Notes: a model not told the origin generated them from the letters alone. 64,000 bases of DNA from Utricularia gibba (GCA_002189035.1 NEEC01000009.1:1736001-1800000); one strand, 5' to 3'. Counted from the first letter of the stretch, positions 38,561-51,817 are shown. Made by a program: numbers and translations.

Positions 38561-39762
38561 ATGGTGAGCATTCGCAGACGCAAGCTTTTATCAACTTGTG
38601 ATGGTATTACCTCATAATCTTCCAATGCAATGTGATACTCTGCACTGTGTGTCCTTCCATTGGAATTTCATCTGCTGACTGTTGGCTTGCTAAAACTTTG
38701 TAGAACAGAAGTTTTTCAGGAAGGAGAGTAGTACTGAGGAGACCAGATCACTCAGCTTAAATGCTCCTTCACCATGTGATTTCAAGCTAAAAGAAGTGAG
38801 CTTTTAGAATTGCTATTGATGCTTCAGAATATGTTACTGTGCGGATAGAAATCTCTCCCCATTTCCTGGTTGATGCGGCTGGGATTCTTTTGCATAATTG
38901 AAGCTTGAATGGCCATGAATGATTCAGAATGTGCACTATAAAGTGTTGTTTCTTCCTTCATGATCCAGGAAGCAACTTCCGGAAATGGACTGTGTTCATC
39001 AAATGTTATTGCCTCATCTTCATCTAAAGAGAAAGTAGTGCAGCAGGTCTCCGGTTAGTGGTTTCTTCACCATAAGCTTGTGTCTTGCAGGAGTTGTAGG
39101 AAGGGTGCCTCAGCTTCTTTAATTTTGCAGAGGTGAAAAGAAGAAGGCAGCACAGGCTAAAACATATCGAAAACCAGGAACCATGCATCATGAGAGGTGT
39201 ATATTTCAAGAACTTGAAATGGCAAGCTGCAATCAAGGTTGATAAGAAACAGATCCACTTAGGAACTGTTAGATCCCAGGAAGAGGCTGCTCGCTTGTAC
39301 GACAGGTTTCCTTCTGCTTCCCATTTTTCACATTTGATCTTCACTGGTTCTGTATGCATTTTCATGTACAAGCAAGGGGTGCATGTTTCTGGGACTCGCA
39401 GGGCTGCATTCATGTGCGGCAGGGAGCCCAATTTCCAACTCTCCAAGGAGGAAAAGCAGGAGCTAAGCAAGTTCAGCTGGGATGAGTTTTTAGCAATGAC
39501 TCGTTTGGCAATCAGCAGCAAAAGTGAGGCAACTGCTACATGCAAATTCCATTCATTCATCCATTCCCTGTCCTTTTGCTCAGTTGTCTATCCCTGTCTT
39601 CATGTATTGGAAAATGTGTAAATAGTTTGGGGTGGTTTTACAGGGAGCCAGAGAAGAAGAGTGAAAAAGTTAAATGATAGTAACTGGGAGGGAAACAAGG
39701 AGAATGATGCTTGCCTTTCGCCTTCAGATGATGAAGCAAATGACATGGTAGCAGCCTGTTGA
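38561..39762 (+). CDS. AP2/ERF 'soloist' transcription factor (At4g13040/APD1 type)
   Basis: Starts MVSIRRRKLL. The AP2 domain is EPCIMRGVYFKNLKWQAAIKVDKKQIHLGTVRSQEEAARLYDR/AAFMCGREPNF...SWDEFL. Six coding exons splice in frame, with an intron-containing 5'-UTR from about 37700. Confidence 0.88.
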
Positions 39763-40046
39763 CGCAGCAGGCCAAATGCTGTTGTTGTACTCCACTCTTG
39801 TCATGCTTGATCTCACGCATTGTTGAGACTTGAGAATACATGCTTCCAAATTAAACAAAGACATGATGGCGTCAACAGAAGCTAGTGCTTGGATGATTTT
39901 ATTCTTCGTTCAGTTCACCAAGGTATAAAGTTCTATAACACAAATCTACAAGCTGCAAACTAAAATGGAAGAAACGATCTTAGGAAAGTGAACAGAACTG
40001 GGTAGTGATAGGATAAGAATAATGTTTTTTGGGAAAACTTTTCCTT

Positions 40047-41843
40047 TCAAAGAAGTTTGTCTGTTAATCTGATCATGAATGAATTCACAGCAACTGCTTC
40101 TAAAATTATCCACGATGATTCAAATAGCTCGTGGAAATACTCTGCTCCAATCTCCTCAGCAGCACTTCTCAATGCGACTCCAAATGCATTCCCTTGAACT
40201 GCACCAAGTCGTGGCTTCCCACATAGTCCTACAATGAGCACATTCTTTTTCTGTTCCCCGATATAGCAAACACATATCAGTGGCTTCATTCTTGCACCTT
40301 TCTCTCGCAACGCATCAAAGAGAAAGTAGCCAAATTTTGTCAAAGCCTGAGGGTGACACAGGAGCTTTGTGTCTGTGGAGTCTTCCAGCTTCACCCACCG
40401 AAACTTGCTCCCACTTCTGATGAACCCCTTCTTTGTTATGGCCATGCTTCCTTGTCTAAGAACAGCTCTTTGAACCTTGATGGCCTGTTTCATTCCAATC
40501 TCTAGCTTCTCAAGTTTGGTTATTGACAGGGCATCATAAGCAACACCAAATTGCTTCGAACCAGAGGGTCCATCAACTTCAACCGACAATTCTAACAGGG
40601 CAGAAACTCCATATACAACATCTGCTGCAGAGACTTTCGAGCTATAACCATACCATAGCAAGAAGCCTCTGTAATAGAAATCTGTCAGCCCAAATTCAGG
40701 TAGATATTGTTCAAACATATCCTTCATTCTACGCTTTATCTCAACACTCATATACTGGAATTTCTGCTTGCATTCTTCTCTAGCAAATCCCATACGAGCT
40801 AAAAGGAGCTGCATCCTTTTCAAACCATTAGCGCTCCATGTCTTCAGTTTAGTGGCAACATAAGATGAGCAGAGCATGGAGTCAAACAGGTTCCACTCCT
40901 GCAACAACATAAGTCTTGGCTCATCTTCATAAGCAATTCTTGAAGTGTCAGGCAAACTGAACTTCGTGCCGTCCTTGAGCGTGACAGAAGTTGCAACATC
41001 AGAGTTTCCAGAACTATTGATGTACTGTTCAAGTTCCATTACTCCAGCCTGATATCTCTCATCTGTCAACCTTTCATGCACAAACTGATCAGTTAAAGCA
41101 ACACAAGCCAGCCAAAGCAACTCATTCTTGTTCTTCCTTAGTAAGTGAGATAAATCATACATTAAACACCCTGATGGCTTCCCATGAAAAGTTCCTAAGT
41201 GATAATAGTTTCTCTTCAGTTTCCTGTAAACCTTAATGTTATTGGTTTCATTTTCATCTGAAACCCTCCTCCTCTTCCTTCTTCTACCCCCTTTTCCATG
41301 GTCACCATCACTCTCACTCCCGTTTTCATCATCACTGTCTAAATCTTCCTCAAACTCATCATCACTATCCAAGTTACTTTCATTAGCTAGAGTTGACACC
41401 TCAAAATCATAGGACAAATCAACCTGCAGCTCATCATCCCTAGTATAAAGAACAACAACTCGATCATTTTTGCTGCTCAGATTATGCAAATGAATAGGCC
41501 TATGACTGTCGACAACGAAAATACAAGCTGATGAACCAATACCCAGTTCTTTTCTCAAATCCCTATGGCATCCCCAGTTTATCAGCAAAATAGTTAAGGG
41601 TTCATCCAGAGACGAACTCAGGTAAGGCTCAGTACAATTATGTATTTCCTTGAAACTAGAAACGGGATAACAAGCATACCTAATTGAATCAGACTCAAGA
41701 ACATGGCCGATAATCTTCAAAGCACATAAAGAATCGACATCTGAAGTTGAAGGGAAAATCAACAGAGGCGCAGATGACGCTGAGGCTAGCGCTGACGCTC
41801 TCAAACGAGAGTAAAAGGAGTCAACACTTTGCTCCCTAACCAT
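40047..41843 (-). CDS. CDC45: DNA replication initiation factor CDC45 (single exon, 598 aa)
   Basis: MVREQSVDSFYSRLR...DVDSLCALKI, LINWG, DSHRP, an acidic loop, EPRLMLLQEWNLFDSM and CHPQALTKFGYFLFDAL. Confidence 0.96.
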   Translation of the reverse strand: MVREQSVDSFYSRLRASALASASSAPLLIFPSTSDVDSLCALKIIGHVLESDSIRYACYPVSSFKEIHNCTEPYLSSSLDEPLTILLINWGCHRDLRKELGIGSSACIFVVDSHRPIHLHNLSSKNDRVVVLYTRDDELQVDLSYDFEVSTLANESNLDSDDEFEEDLDSDDENGSESDGDHGKGGRRRKRRRVSDENETNNIKVYRKLKRNYYHLGTFHGKPSGCLMYDLSHLLRKNKNELLWLACVALTDQFVHERLTDERYQAGVMELEQYINSSGNSDVATSVTLKDGTKFSLPDTSRIAYEDEPRLMLLQEWNLFDSMLCSSYVATKLKTWSANGLKRMQLLLARMGFAREECKQKFQYMSVEIKRRMKDMFEQYLPEFGLTDFYYRGFLLWYGYSSKVSAADVVYGVSALLELSVEVDGPSGSKQFGVAYDALSITKLEKLEIGMKQAIKVQRAVLRQGSMAITKKGFIRSGSKFRWVKLEDSTDTKLLCHPQALTKFGYFLFDALREKGARMKPLICVCYIGEQKKNVLIVGLCGKPRLGAVQGNAFGVALRSAAEEIGAEYFHELFESSWIILEAVAVNSFMIRLTDKLL

Positions 41844-42310
41844 AACAATACCCGTGAACAAGAAACGTAATCCCACCAAAAAACACCAAATATCTAAGCC
41901 GTAAATCTTCACGGCGCTCATGAAACAATGGTGCTTCAACTCGGCATATATCAGCAACCAAATTCCGAAACTGAACTACTATCAAACAAAAGCGCAGATA
42001 CGAAATCTGAGATGCGTTCAAGTCCGCTCGCTAAAAGTAGAGAAAAAGGAGAAAACCCGAAAACGGATTTGACAGATCGGCATCCGGGATGATGCCCTCC
42101 CCGCGCTCGTTCCACAGCTGTTTCTCCTCAACTGGAAAAGGAGATGAAACAAGGAAGAAGAACGACTGAACAGATCAAGAATCAAATGGTATGCCCTAAT
42201 CTACTCAATTTGGGGGCATTCAAATTTTCAACAGAGGCGACTCTGGCCTGGGTTGGCAACCTCCGTTGCACTTGGGAGGGACGCCCGCCCAATTTCAAAT
42301 TTTGCAACAA

Positions 42311-42328
42311 CCGCCAAAAAATTGGCGC
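42311..42328. promoter_or_regulatory. Inverted pair of E2F-like sites upstream of CDC45
   Basis: CCGCCAAA (reverse complement TTTGGCGG, consensus TTTSSCGS) at 42311-42318 and ATTGGCGC at 42321-42328, about 470 bp upstream of the CDC45 ATG. Confidence 0.65.
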
Positions 42329-42768
42329 TTTGACATTTTCCCTTGGAGAATCACCTCTGGAAAAGACCATTATGCCCTTTTCCTTTTTCTGATTCATTTT
42401 TTCTAATATACTTAACCATCGTCTAAATAATTAATATTTTAAATGATAAAAAAACCGTTGGGAACTCAATTCAAAACAAGACAATTTTTATTATAAACGA
42501 TTCACGATTCACAATAATTAAATATTTCATTCATAATTTTTTAAGTATTGATATAAGGAATTAATTATACCATAAAACGGGATTAAGGAAAAAGATTAGC
42601 AAATCGATCTGTAAACCATGTTGATTGATAGCTAGGCAGGAGCCATGATTCCGTACAGCAAATGCAATAAGATCACTTAGACTTTCTGCTTGCTCATGCA
42701 GAAAAGAAAACAGCACAAAAGGCCTAACAGGGGAGCAGCTGATTGGAGAAAATAGGAGCTTTGCAAAC

Positions 42769-44754
42769 TCAGCTGTTGGATCTGGATTCGAGTTCCAGAA
42801 GAATCTTCTTTCTTGGTCCCTGAAACAAGAAGCAAGAAACTACTTTTCAGATGCAGGAGAAATGAGGCAAAAGTGTCACAAGTAACTACAAAAAGGACAA
42901 GTTTTGAAGCATTGATCAAGTATCGCTGAAAAGTGGCACAATGAAGCATGCCCTTCTTTACAAGTGTTTTGAAAGGCAAATTAATTTTCAGCAGGTTATC
43001 ATATAATGCACTCAAACTAAACGCTCACCATTGGAATTCCCAGAGCTTTGAGATCTTCATCCTTCATGTGCAAAAGAGCTGTCATGTCAACCTGCCAAAT
43101 ATTTTGACTTGCAATATGAATGTGGAAATTCATATTTACACCTTTGAGAGAAAGTATGGAAATTGGAATACCTCTTCAGCCTGAAGTGTAATTGAGTATT
43201 TCTGGAGGCCCAAAGATTGCAGGAATTCATCCACAGACTCTACCTGGCAAAGCAAGTGAACCGATTGATAAAGGAGCAACCCATGTCTCAAGAAAGAAAG
43301 CGTGAAAGTACTCCCGAGCAGCAAAAGTTCATTGGTAGCGGGCAAACGCCATGAGGCTCACCCCTTGTTGCACTGGTTTCTTCGCTTTGGGATTAGTTGT
43401 ATTGGTCTCTGGATTAGATGATTGGACTATGATACTCTTCCGAATAGGTTTGCTGACTTCAGAAACAAGATTCCTTCGTACTGTAGGGTGGTTAGATTTG
43501 GAAGGACGAGTATACAACGTCCCAGAGAGCTTTTCACGCAGATCCCTTGTACCAGAAACAGATTCCCTCAAGTTTTGATTAGCCTGATCAATAATATTTT
43601 TCCTTTGGAGCTTCAGACGAAGATCTCTTGCACCAATCCTGCGATCTTCAAAGTCCATATATATGATTCACAGCCCATTTCCATAGCAGTAAGGTACAAA
43701 AATAAATCCGGCGCATCTGCAAGAAAGTATTAAACAACTAGCCTTACTTGATACAGCAGGTTCATCATCCTGAAAAAGATCGTGCTCCCACTTCCCATCA
43801 TCTTCTCTTTGCCTGCATTTTTCAAGTGTAAACCAGCATAGCCCACTTTTTGTTGTTCGAATCAAATTGTGATTTTTATCCACAAAATGACGTGCTCTTC
43901 GCAGATAAAAAAAATATTGGCACAAAGAGTTGGTAATCTGTAAGGCAGCTTATAACACATACAGCTGTTGGGTCGCTGAACTCAAATTTTATCCTAAAAG
44001 ACCAAGCCTTAACAACCTAAATTCCTATCTTCCTTGAGCAATATCATACTCAGTGGTGTTCTCGCTTCTCATTAGGCGGGGTGACTGTGATATGTAATAC
44101 TGCAACATCTAATAACAGACCAGCGAACATCCTGACATTTTTGTACATACACCTAGTGTTTATTCATATCATATCATAGATGTCAGTAATATACTGCAAA
44201 ATTATCTTAAATTTCATGAAGAATTCACTAGTTTTTAAAACACGAAATACACAAATTTCAATGAGCATGCCATGGAAAATCAGGAACACCACTTATCCGT
44301 TCCTAGTAGGAAACCTAGTTGCCATCAAGGCAACATGCATCTTACAGAGATTATGTGTTCCCGAACATCAATATACCCTAAGGGGGTGCTTCAAGTTTCA
44401 ACTTAGCAACTTTGTTTTCACCTTCATGATCCTCCCATCAGTTTATACTTAAAAACCTCTCTATCAATCTAAGAGCAGTTAAACAATTAGGGGAAAACAT
44501 ATATATATATTTGTCACCACCGAAGGCGAATAAACACATGAGGCCTCAAGTTCATTCCAAATCATTCACACCGAAGGCGTTCTACTCAACCACAAAACAA
44601 GTCTCCCTTGACAAAAAAAAGCCTTATCCAGAGTTCAGACAAGTAACCTCTTTCCAGTGACGGGTCTGCGGCCACCTCCAGTAGAACCGAAATTTCCATT
44701 CAACCGGTCCTTCACCGACCTGTTAGCCTGAGCCTCCAGCTGATCTGCGTACAT
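42769..44754 (-). CDS. Small sterile-alpha-motif (SAM) domain protein
   Basis: Six exons: MYADQLEAQANRSVKDRL, RQREDDGKWEHDLF, IGARDLRLKLQRK, then the SAM domain SVDEFLQSLGLQKYSITLQAEEVDMTALLHMKDEDLKALGIPMGPRKKILL. Confidence 0.9.
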
Positions 44755-44790
44755 CGTCGTGGGGGAGCGTCACCCAATTCTTCCGGTGAG

Positions 44791-44799
44791 AAACCCTAA
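44791..44799. promoter_or_regulatory. Telo-box (AAACCCTAA) just upstream of the SAM gene ATG
   Basis: Exact AAACCCTAA about 40 bp from the start codon. Confidence 0.5.
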
Positions 44800-45293
44800 T
44801 CGCAACTAGATTCCCGGCCAACTTCGGAAAATCTATTTCTATTTCAATTTATCGCAAATTCTTTTTATAGTTTCTAAAAATTCTAAACTCACAAAATCAA
44901 TTTGGGGAAAGGCACCCAACTTTCGAAATTCACAAATCATGCTTCCTATAAACCTGGATTTTCTGAATTATATTTCAATAAAAAAATAAAAAAATAATTA
45001 CATAAAAACTATTAGTATTCAAAACTGTTCAATTTATTGTACAATCATTTTTATAAACATAAAAAATGTTCATCAAGGCGTTGCAGTTTATTTTAATGTC
45101 CTTTCATTTCCTGACAGATGCCTTGTTCCATAAGATGCTGACTGAAGGAGTATCGAGTTTCTTTAGAATCAACCTTTTCTTTTTCCACCAACGGTATAAT
45201 TCTTTTGGTTTTGCACAAATATTTTCAGCAAATGCCTTTTCGGAATCACCCACAAGCCAAGATCCTACATACTGAAAGAAGCAAAAGTAGTGG

Positions 45294-47936
45294 TCACTGT
45301 GAAAAATGTTGCCATGCAAATGCAACTCCAGCAACTAATACAACTTTTGCAACCAGCTTATAATTTATGGATGCTTTTGAATCAGGAGATGACTTCATCT
45401 CTTCCATTGGCTTTCCCCTCAGCTTAGCAGACAATCTGGATAGCATCAAGGTCAATGGCCCTTTCTTGCCATCTGCAGCAACACAGTCAAAGGCACATTG
45501 TTTTTTTTTCAATCGGTTCAAGTGGCAAGGAGGCAAATGTATGTGAATATGAGAGGGGACTATTCCATTTGGGGTGCACATCATTGCAATGGGGATGATT
45601 TTTCATCTCATAGAATGCCAACAACCATTGGATGCTACATAGTCTCCAGCCCATGGACATGATGGATTATGACAAGTTTTGAAGAAATTGGATGGTACCT
45701 TTTCTTTTTAGAAGTCTCTCTTCCTCGCCTGCACGTCTTCGCAGGACATTTAGAAGTGATCCAAAGTATAAAGCAAACACTGTACACGTGATGGTTATCA
45801 CATTGTAAGGCATGCTAAAATCAGGAGTAGTGAGAGGCACAAGTAGGACTTCTGTGTACGCTCGAACTGGGGTATTCTCCTGTGCCATGAAACCTAATGA
45901 GTTGAGGAATCAGGAAAACAAGGAAAATTGAAACAGTCATTGCTTTAAGACCTGCAGCATGGACAATAGAGGAACTTGCGTTTCCATCTTATCACCAAAA
46001 CTCATATTTGAAACAAAGCCAGTGAAGTGTACAATAGCCGATGGGATGTCAAAACCTTGATTAGCATCTGGGGGTATTCATCAATGTGAAGAAAACCCTG
46101 GCAAAAGTAGTAGGAAATAATAGTGCTTGAAAGAGACGATCAGAAATTGCATTCCAAATGATTGCTAGTGACAAATTGAAATGAGGAAAAGTACCTTATC
46201 GAACTCCAGAGTTAGTGCAGCTGTGTTAATATGACATGGTAGCCTCAACGCAATCTCCATCACTCCAGGTGTGACCTTGTCCTCAGAGGGTGAAACACTT
46301 ATCCTCTCAATGTTCTGCAGTGAAGGTGTCAGCTTGCCATCGATGAAGACTTGAAGTGTATGGTAGTAGACCTTGACATACCAAGGAACTACTTGGAAAA
46401 TACCAACTCCTATTGAACAACTATCCGCTTCAAAGCCAGTTATACCTAAATGGTCATCCCAATTGCGGTTCAATAAGAGGGCAATGGAGCCCCTTTCATT
46501 CCCGCTCCCTGTTAAGAATCTGCTGGCACGTAGTGGGGTCCTCTGACTTGACCAAGAAATAGGCTTCTTCCAGCGTAACCCCAAATCAAAGGGCACAGAT
46601 TCGTTGTAACTTTCAAGGGAGAATTCAGAGATGAAAGATGACCCCTTCTGTAAGTTCTGTGTTCCTTTAATAACTCTACTCGGGTGAACTGAAAGTTCAA
46701 ACAGAGGGTTCTCAGAGACACCATCATCTGAAAAAATGTCTCTCTTTTCCAGAATTTCACTTGCTTGTGATACTAAACTCTGTTCAAAGAGCACATAAAC
46801 ATTACTCGAAGATGAGAGAGCACATTTTCCTCCAACTTTCCGTCCAAATAATGAGCTCAAGGACCAACTTGGGGGTAACAATTTTTCATGATATTTGTCA
46901 GGCATCAGAACGATTGTCAGTGTTTGCTCAAGGGAAATACCAGTCCTAGTTTGAGATGGATCATACTCATCAGACTTTACGTACAACCTCTGCGAATGAA
47001 AGTAACTCCTGTATATTGCAGGCCGATCCATTAGAGAAGAAATTCCAGCTTTATCTCTACAGGGAAGCAGCTTCAGCCATGGTGTGAGATTCTCAGTGCA
47101 GACAGCTTCTCGGGGCAATGTACCATACCTTCGTTTTCCAGATGTTGCAGCATCAGACCATTGCGGTGCACAGTAGCTAGTTGAATCCTCCAAAAAATTG
47201 ACTGATGCACAAAACAACCCCGAAAGGGTGTGGGTTAGATTCTTCCACGATTCATCAACCTGATAATCGGGCACATCAAATTCAGCCCATAGCTCCACCC
47301 CAGGAGGTTTGGCATTAGCATTTGATACAGGATCAATTCCTCCCCAGCGTTCATAATTCCATCGACCTTGTGTGAAAGACAGCTCCATCTCACGCACTTT
47401 AAATTTATGAACCTGGCCATATAATAATACTACTGAGTGAAAATACATAGATTGCTTGGAATCGACCCAACATGCAGACACATCTTATGGCCGCCAAACA
47501 AATTCCAAATCATTGAGACAGCAAAAGCATTCTGATAAAAGCTCCCCACCACAAATCCAATTTCCAACGATTCTAGGCTGAACAGAAAATATGGCTTCTT
47601 ATTACTCGGCATCATTTCAATCAAAGACAAAAACAGAAAATCAACAGAATATATAAACCACACAAAGAGAAGAACTTAAAAAAAAAAAAATCAATCTCCA
47701 TGACTCACCATTTGATAAATGGATTTGGGAAATATATAATGATGGCGGCCATAAGTTTCAGTAGGCGGAGCATTGCTCTGGAAGTGGAAATGAGCCAAAA
47801 CTTTTCGATCTGAAAGGGGCTTCAACAAAAGTGCCTCCGTGAACAGTTCTCCATCCCATAATGCTTTTACTGCCGAGCAGGAGGAATATGAAAGCAACGC
47901 CCAGAGCAACAAAAATGTGGACGTCAGAAAACTCAT
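45294..47936 (-). CDS. GPI16: GPI transamidase component GPI16/PIG-T, with a 1-bp deletion as assembled
   Basis: Signal peptide; [21 protein letters not shown]; [16 protein letters not shown]; LSGLFCAS; [20 protein letters not shown]; [16 protein letters not shown]. The [15 protein letters not shown] motif is broken at the G5 run 46070-46074. Confidence 0.93.
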
Positions 47937-48509
47937 CCTATCTCCTCGTCCACCCACAAATTCCCCACCTATGAAAAAGCTGGGAAAATAAACTTGCGCC
48001 ACATCATATTTTGGTTTAATTCCTTAATGGATGCTGCTTTGATTAAGTAATCATCTGCCGGTGCTCTTTCATCAGTTCTAGCACTACAGACACCAAATTG
48101 GACGTCTCTCAACCCTTAAAACATAAAAAATCTAGAATTAGCACAGCACCAACATCATATTTCAAGAAACCTACAAAACAATAGATTCATAGTTTAACCC
48201 GCCCACACAGAAGTCAAAATTCTGAAGCATTTTCTTCGTGATCACCTAAACCAGAAATTGTTCACGCAGAAAGCAACAGAAAACAGCTCATTTCGCCATT
48301 GAGAATTCACAGAAATTATACCAGAGAACCAACCAGTCTCCGATCACTTCATGTACCCGCCGTGAGTTTCAAAATCTTGCTCCAATTGTTCCACCGCAAA
48401 ACGCAGCTCGTAATCAGTTGATCTGCATCTGGGCTCTCTCGAAAAGCTCTCTGCCGCTTCTGTAATCTGTTTCAGGGCTTTTCCTACTTTGTCCAAGTCG
48501 GCTCAATAA

Positions 48510-48731
48510 TGGGCCCAATTATGCTGGCCCAATAGAAGATTCAAAACCCAGAGTTGAAGATCCTTCTTCAGCAAATCAACAGAGAACTGCAATTCGTGTT
48601 TATTGTGCCGGAGGAAGAGGGCATTAGACTGCCGTCGATTCTTGTTGGGTGTTGTACTGCATATGCAGGGGGAGCAAAATTTCCATTCCTCTTTCACGTT
48701 GAGGTCGCTTTTGCATAACCAAAAACCCTAG
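48510..48731. promoter_or_regulatory. Shared divergent promoter of PIG-T and the PPR gene, with site II motifs and a telo-like box
   Basis: TGGGCCC at 48510-48516, GGCCCAAT at 48526-48533 and AAACCCTAG at 48723-48731, between head-to-head ATGs at 47936 (-) and 48747 (+). Confidence 0.5.
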
Positions 48732-48746
48732 CAAGAAGAAACAGCT

Positions 48747-50534
48747 ATGGCATCCTTCGCGGGACCCACAATCCCCTGCCTCCTGGCGTTGGAGCTCCAC
48801 TCCGGACCCCGAAACTGTACAAGGGCTGACGCGAACGTGTCTACCGGGGAAGGAATTGATACCGGTACCGGGCCTGCGGTACCGGAAAGAAGATTAGATA
48901 TGCTGAAATTGAAGAGGATGGAAGAGAAACAGAGGAAGGAAGAAACTAACAGAAAGATAGCATCTCGAAAGGCGATATCCATTATTCTGAGGAGAGAGGC
49001 CACCAAGGCTGTGATCGAGAAAAAGATGGGAAATGCCAAGAAACTTTTGCCTAGAAGTATTCTTGAAGCTCTTCACGAGCGTATTACTGCTTTGCGTTGG
49101 GAGTCAGCACTAAAGGTCTATCAGTTCATTTAATAGCTTACGTTTTGTTAAATTTATTTCCTTGGGTGTTTCCTGATTCTCCATTCGTTTTGCATTCTTG
49201 GAAAATAGGAGCGTGTCTAGTTCCTGGTAGTACGAGTTAGTCATTTTGGTGAGCACTGATGAGTCGAGTTTTGGATTATAACAAGCGTTGCATCTTTGGT
49301 GTTGAAAATTCTGATATTGAATGGCTTTCTTTGGATGAAGTCTCCTTCTTGCTGAGGTTATATTGTTGCAGGTCTTTGAACTCCTTCGTGAACAACTCTG
49401 GTACCAGCCAAACTCTGGTTTGTATATAAAGCTCATTGTCATGCTTGGAAAATGCAAGCAACCTGAGAAAGCTCATACACTGTTTCAGGCAATGATGGAT
49501 GAAGGGTGTGATGTTGGAAGTGAAGCTTACACTGCTCTTATGTCAGCCTATAGTAGAAGTGGTTTTTTTGACAAAGCATTTTATATTCTTGAAGAAATGA
49601 AGAAGACACCTGGCTGTGAACCTGATGTTCAAACTTATTCCATCCTCATTAAGTCGTGCGCTCAAGCTTATGACTTTGGGAAAGTGAAGTCTCTTCTCGC
49701 GGACATGGAAGCTCAGGGAATCAAGCCCAACACAGTGACATATAATACTCTCCTTGACGCATATGGGAAAGCTAAGAAGTAATTTCTCTTCCTGTCATTT
49801 AATGTTTTTTAAAAAGTAATTCCATTTTTTTAGCTCATTTTGTTCTTGCTATAAGGTTCTTGGAGATGGAGTCCTTGCTCCTGCAAATGCTGAGGCAACC
49901 TGACTGCAAACCTGATGTCTGGACCATGAACTCCACACTAAGAGCATTTGGTGGCAGTGGACAAATTGAACTGATGGAGAAATGCTACGAGAAGTTCCAG
50001 AAAGCGGGCATCGAGCCAAGCATCAAGTCATTCAACATACTCCTGGATTCCTACGCCAAAACACAGAACTACGACAAAATGAGCGCTGTGATGAAGTTCA
50101 TGGAGCACCACCACTTCTCCTGGACCCTGGTCACATACAACATAGTCATTGATGCTTTTGGAAGAGCAGGAGACTTGAAGCAGATGGAGTTCCTATTCAG
50201 GCTGATGCGATCCGAGCGAATCAAGCCCAACTGTGTCACTCTTTGCTCCCTTGTTCGTGCTTACGGCAACGCCGGCCAAGCCCACAAGATCGCCGCCGTG
50301 CTCAGGTACATCGACAACAGTGATGTTACACTCGACACCGTCTTCTTCAACTGTCTGGTGGATGCATATGGGATGATGGGATGCTTCTCTGAGATGAAGG
50401 GTGTGATTGAGATGATGAAGAGAAGAGGCTGTGAGCCAGATAAGGTTACATATAGAACCATGATCAAGGCTTACACCACTGGAGGAATGATCAGCCATGC
50501 CAAGGAGCTTCACTCCAAACTTGCTTCTTTGTAA
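48747..50534 (+). CDS. P-class pentatricopeptide repeat protein, probably plastid-targeted
   Basis: Three exons. KLLPRSILEALHERITALRWESALKVFELLREQLWY is followed by about ten 35-aa repeats (PDVQTYSILI, PNTVTYNTLL, PDVWTMNSTL, PDKVTYRTMI). No E or DYW domain. Confidence 0.93.
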
Positions 50535-50822
50535 ATCTGGTAAACTCGTTTCATGCAAAAAAATTGAAACATGGTTCTTTTGGTGCTATTATTCACGGAT
50601 AGAAAAAAAAATAGGAAAATTGGACACAGGCGGGTAGCGCACGTGGCGCACGAGGGTGGAAAATGCTAATAATTTTATTTATTTATTATTTTTTGTAGCT
50701 GGTGAGAGGTGGAGATAAATGTTTTGATTGGTGTGCAACGGCAGGCGGACTGCAACGAGTTCCGCTGCTGGGAGCGCGTCTCTGGGATTCTGGAGAGTGG
50801 GGGGAGTCTTTCGGGAACGCCC

Positions 50823-51643
50823 ATGGCGAAAGTCTACTCGTTGGCTGAAGTTGCTGAGCACAACACACGGGAAGACTTTTGGATCATTCTTTTGGGAAAG
50901 GTAACATCGATTGATTGCGATAAGTGTTTCTCAAGGGTTTCGTCTGACGGATTTACTGGTTCTGATGGATTAACGATATCGCGTTGCATCTACTGGGGTT
51001 GCTGTTGAGTTTTAGAAGTTTAGGTGCCCGGGATTGGCTTGTGGGGGTTTATAATTTGGGCGTTTTCTTATGTTGATTGCGATTATGGGATTGTTTAGTT
51101 TGAGGAGCTGGAATTGCTCCATGGTGACAGAAATAATTTAGGAGAACTTAAAAAAAAGAATTTGGATTCTGGTTGGCCATGGGTTTACAGTGAGTGATCC
51201 ATGCCTTTTGGTGTTGGATTGTGCCATGTGAGGAAGGATAATATGGTAGTTGGGCATGTTCCCAGGTCTACAACATCACAACTTTCTTGGATGAGCATCC
51301 TGGTGGAGATGAGGTGCTGCTCAACACATCTGGTAAAAATAGCCGACCACACAAAGCCATTTTTCACTGCTTGTGCTGTATTACTGATTGCTGCTTCACC
51401 TCAGGGAAAGATGCAACCCAGGAGTTCGATGATGTGGGGCACAGCCACGAGGCATGGGCAATGCTAGATAAGTACTACGTGGGAGAGTTCGATAAATCGT
51501 CGCTTCCAACTACGAAGACCGATTCGTTGAAGACTGCCAACAAGAAGGGAAAGAAGAACATGATCGTCTTCCTGATGCAGTTCTTGGTTCCTTTGGTTAT
51601 TCTGAATGTTTGCATTTTTCTCTTCTCTAAGTCATCATCCTGA
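50823..51643 (+). CDS. Cytochrome b5 (tail-anchored)
   Basis: Three exons: MAKVYSLAEVAEHN...VYNITTFLDEHPGGDEVLL...GKDATQEFDDVGHS, with both heme-ligand His motifs and a C-terminal hydrophobic tail. Confidence 0.93.
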
Positions 51644-51817
51644 AGGATGAGACGGACCGCAGGCAGGCCCCGGCCCGGCTCAGCCCATCTTTGTGTGTCA
51701 TTTTAGGGGCATTTTCGTCAAACCAAAGGGAAATTATTATTCAAACAAATACATAAAATAATGTTGTAATTTATATGACGACGTACAAGAAGCTTTTTCG
51801 GTCGTACGCAGGCAGGG

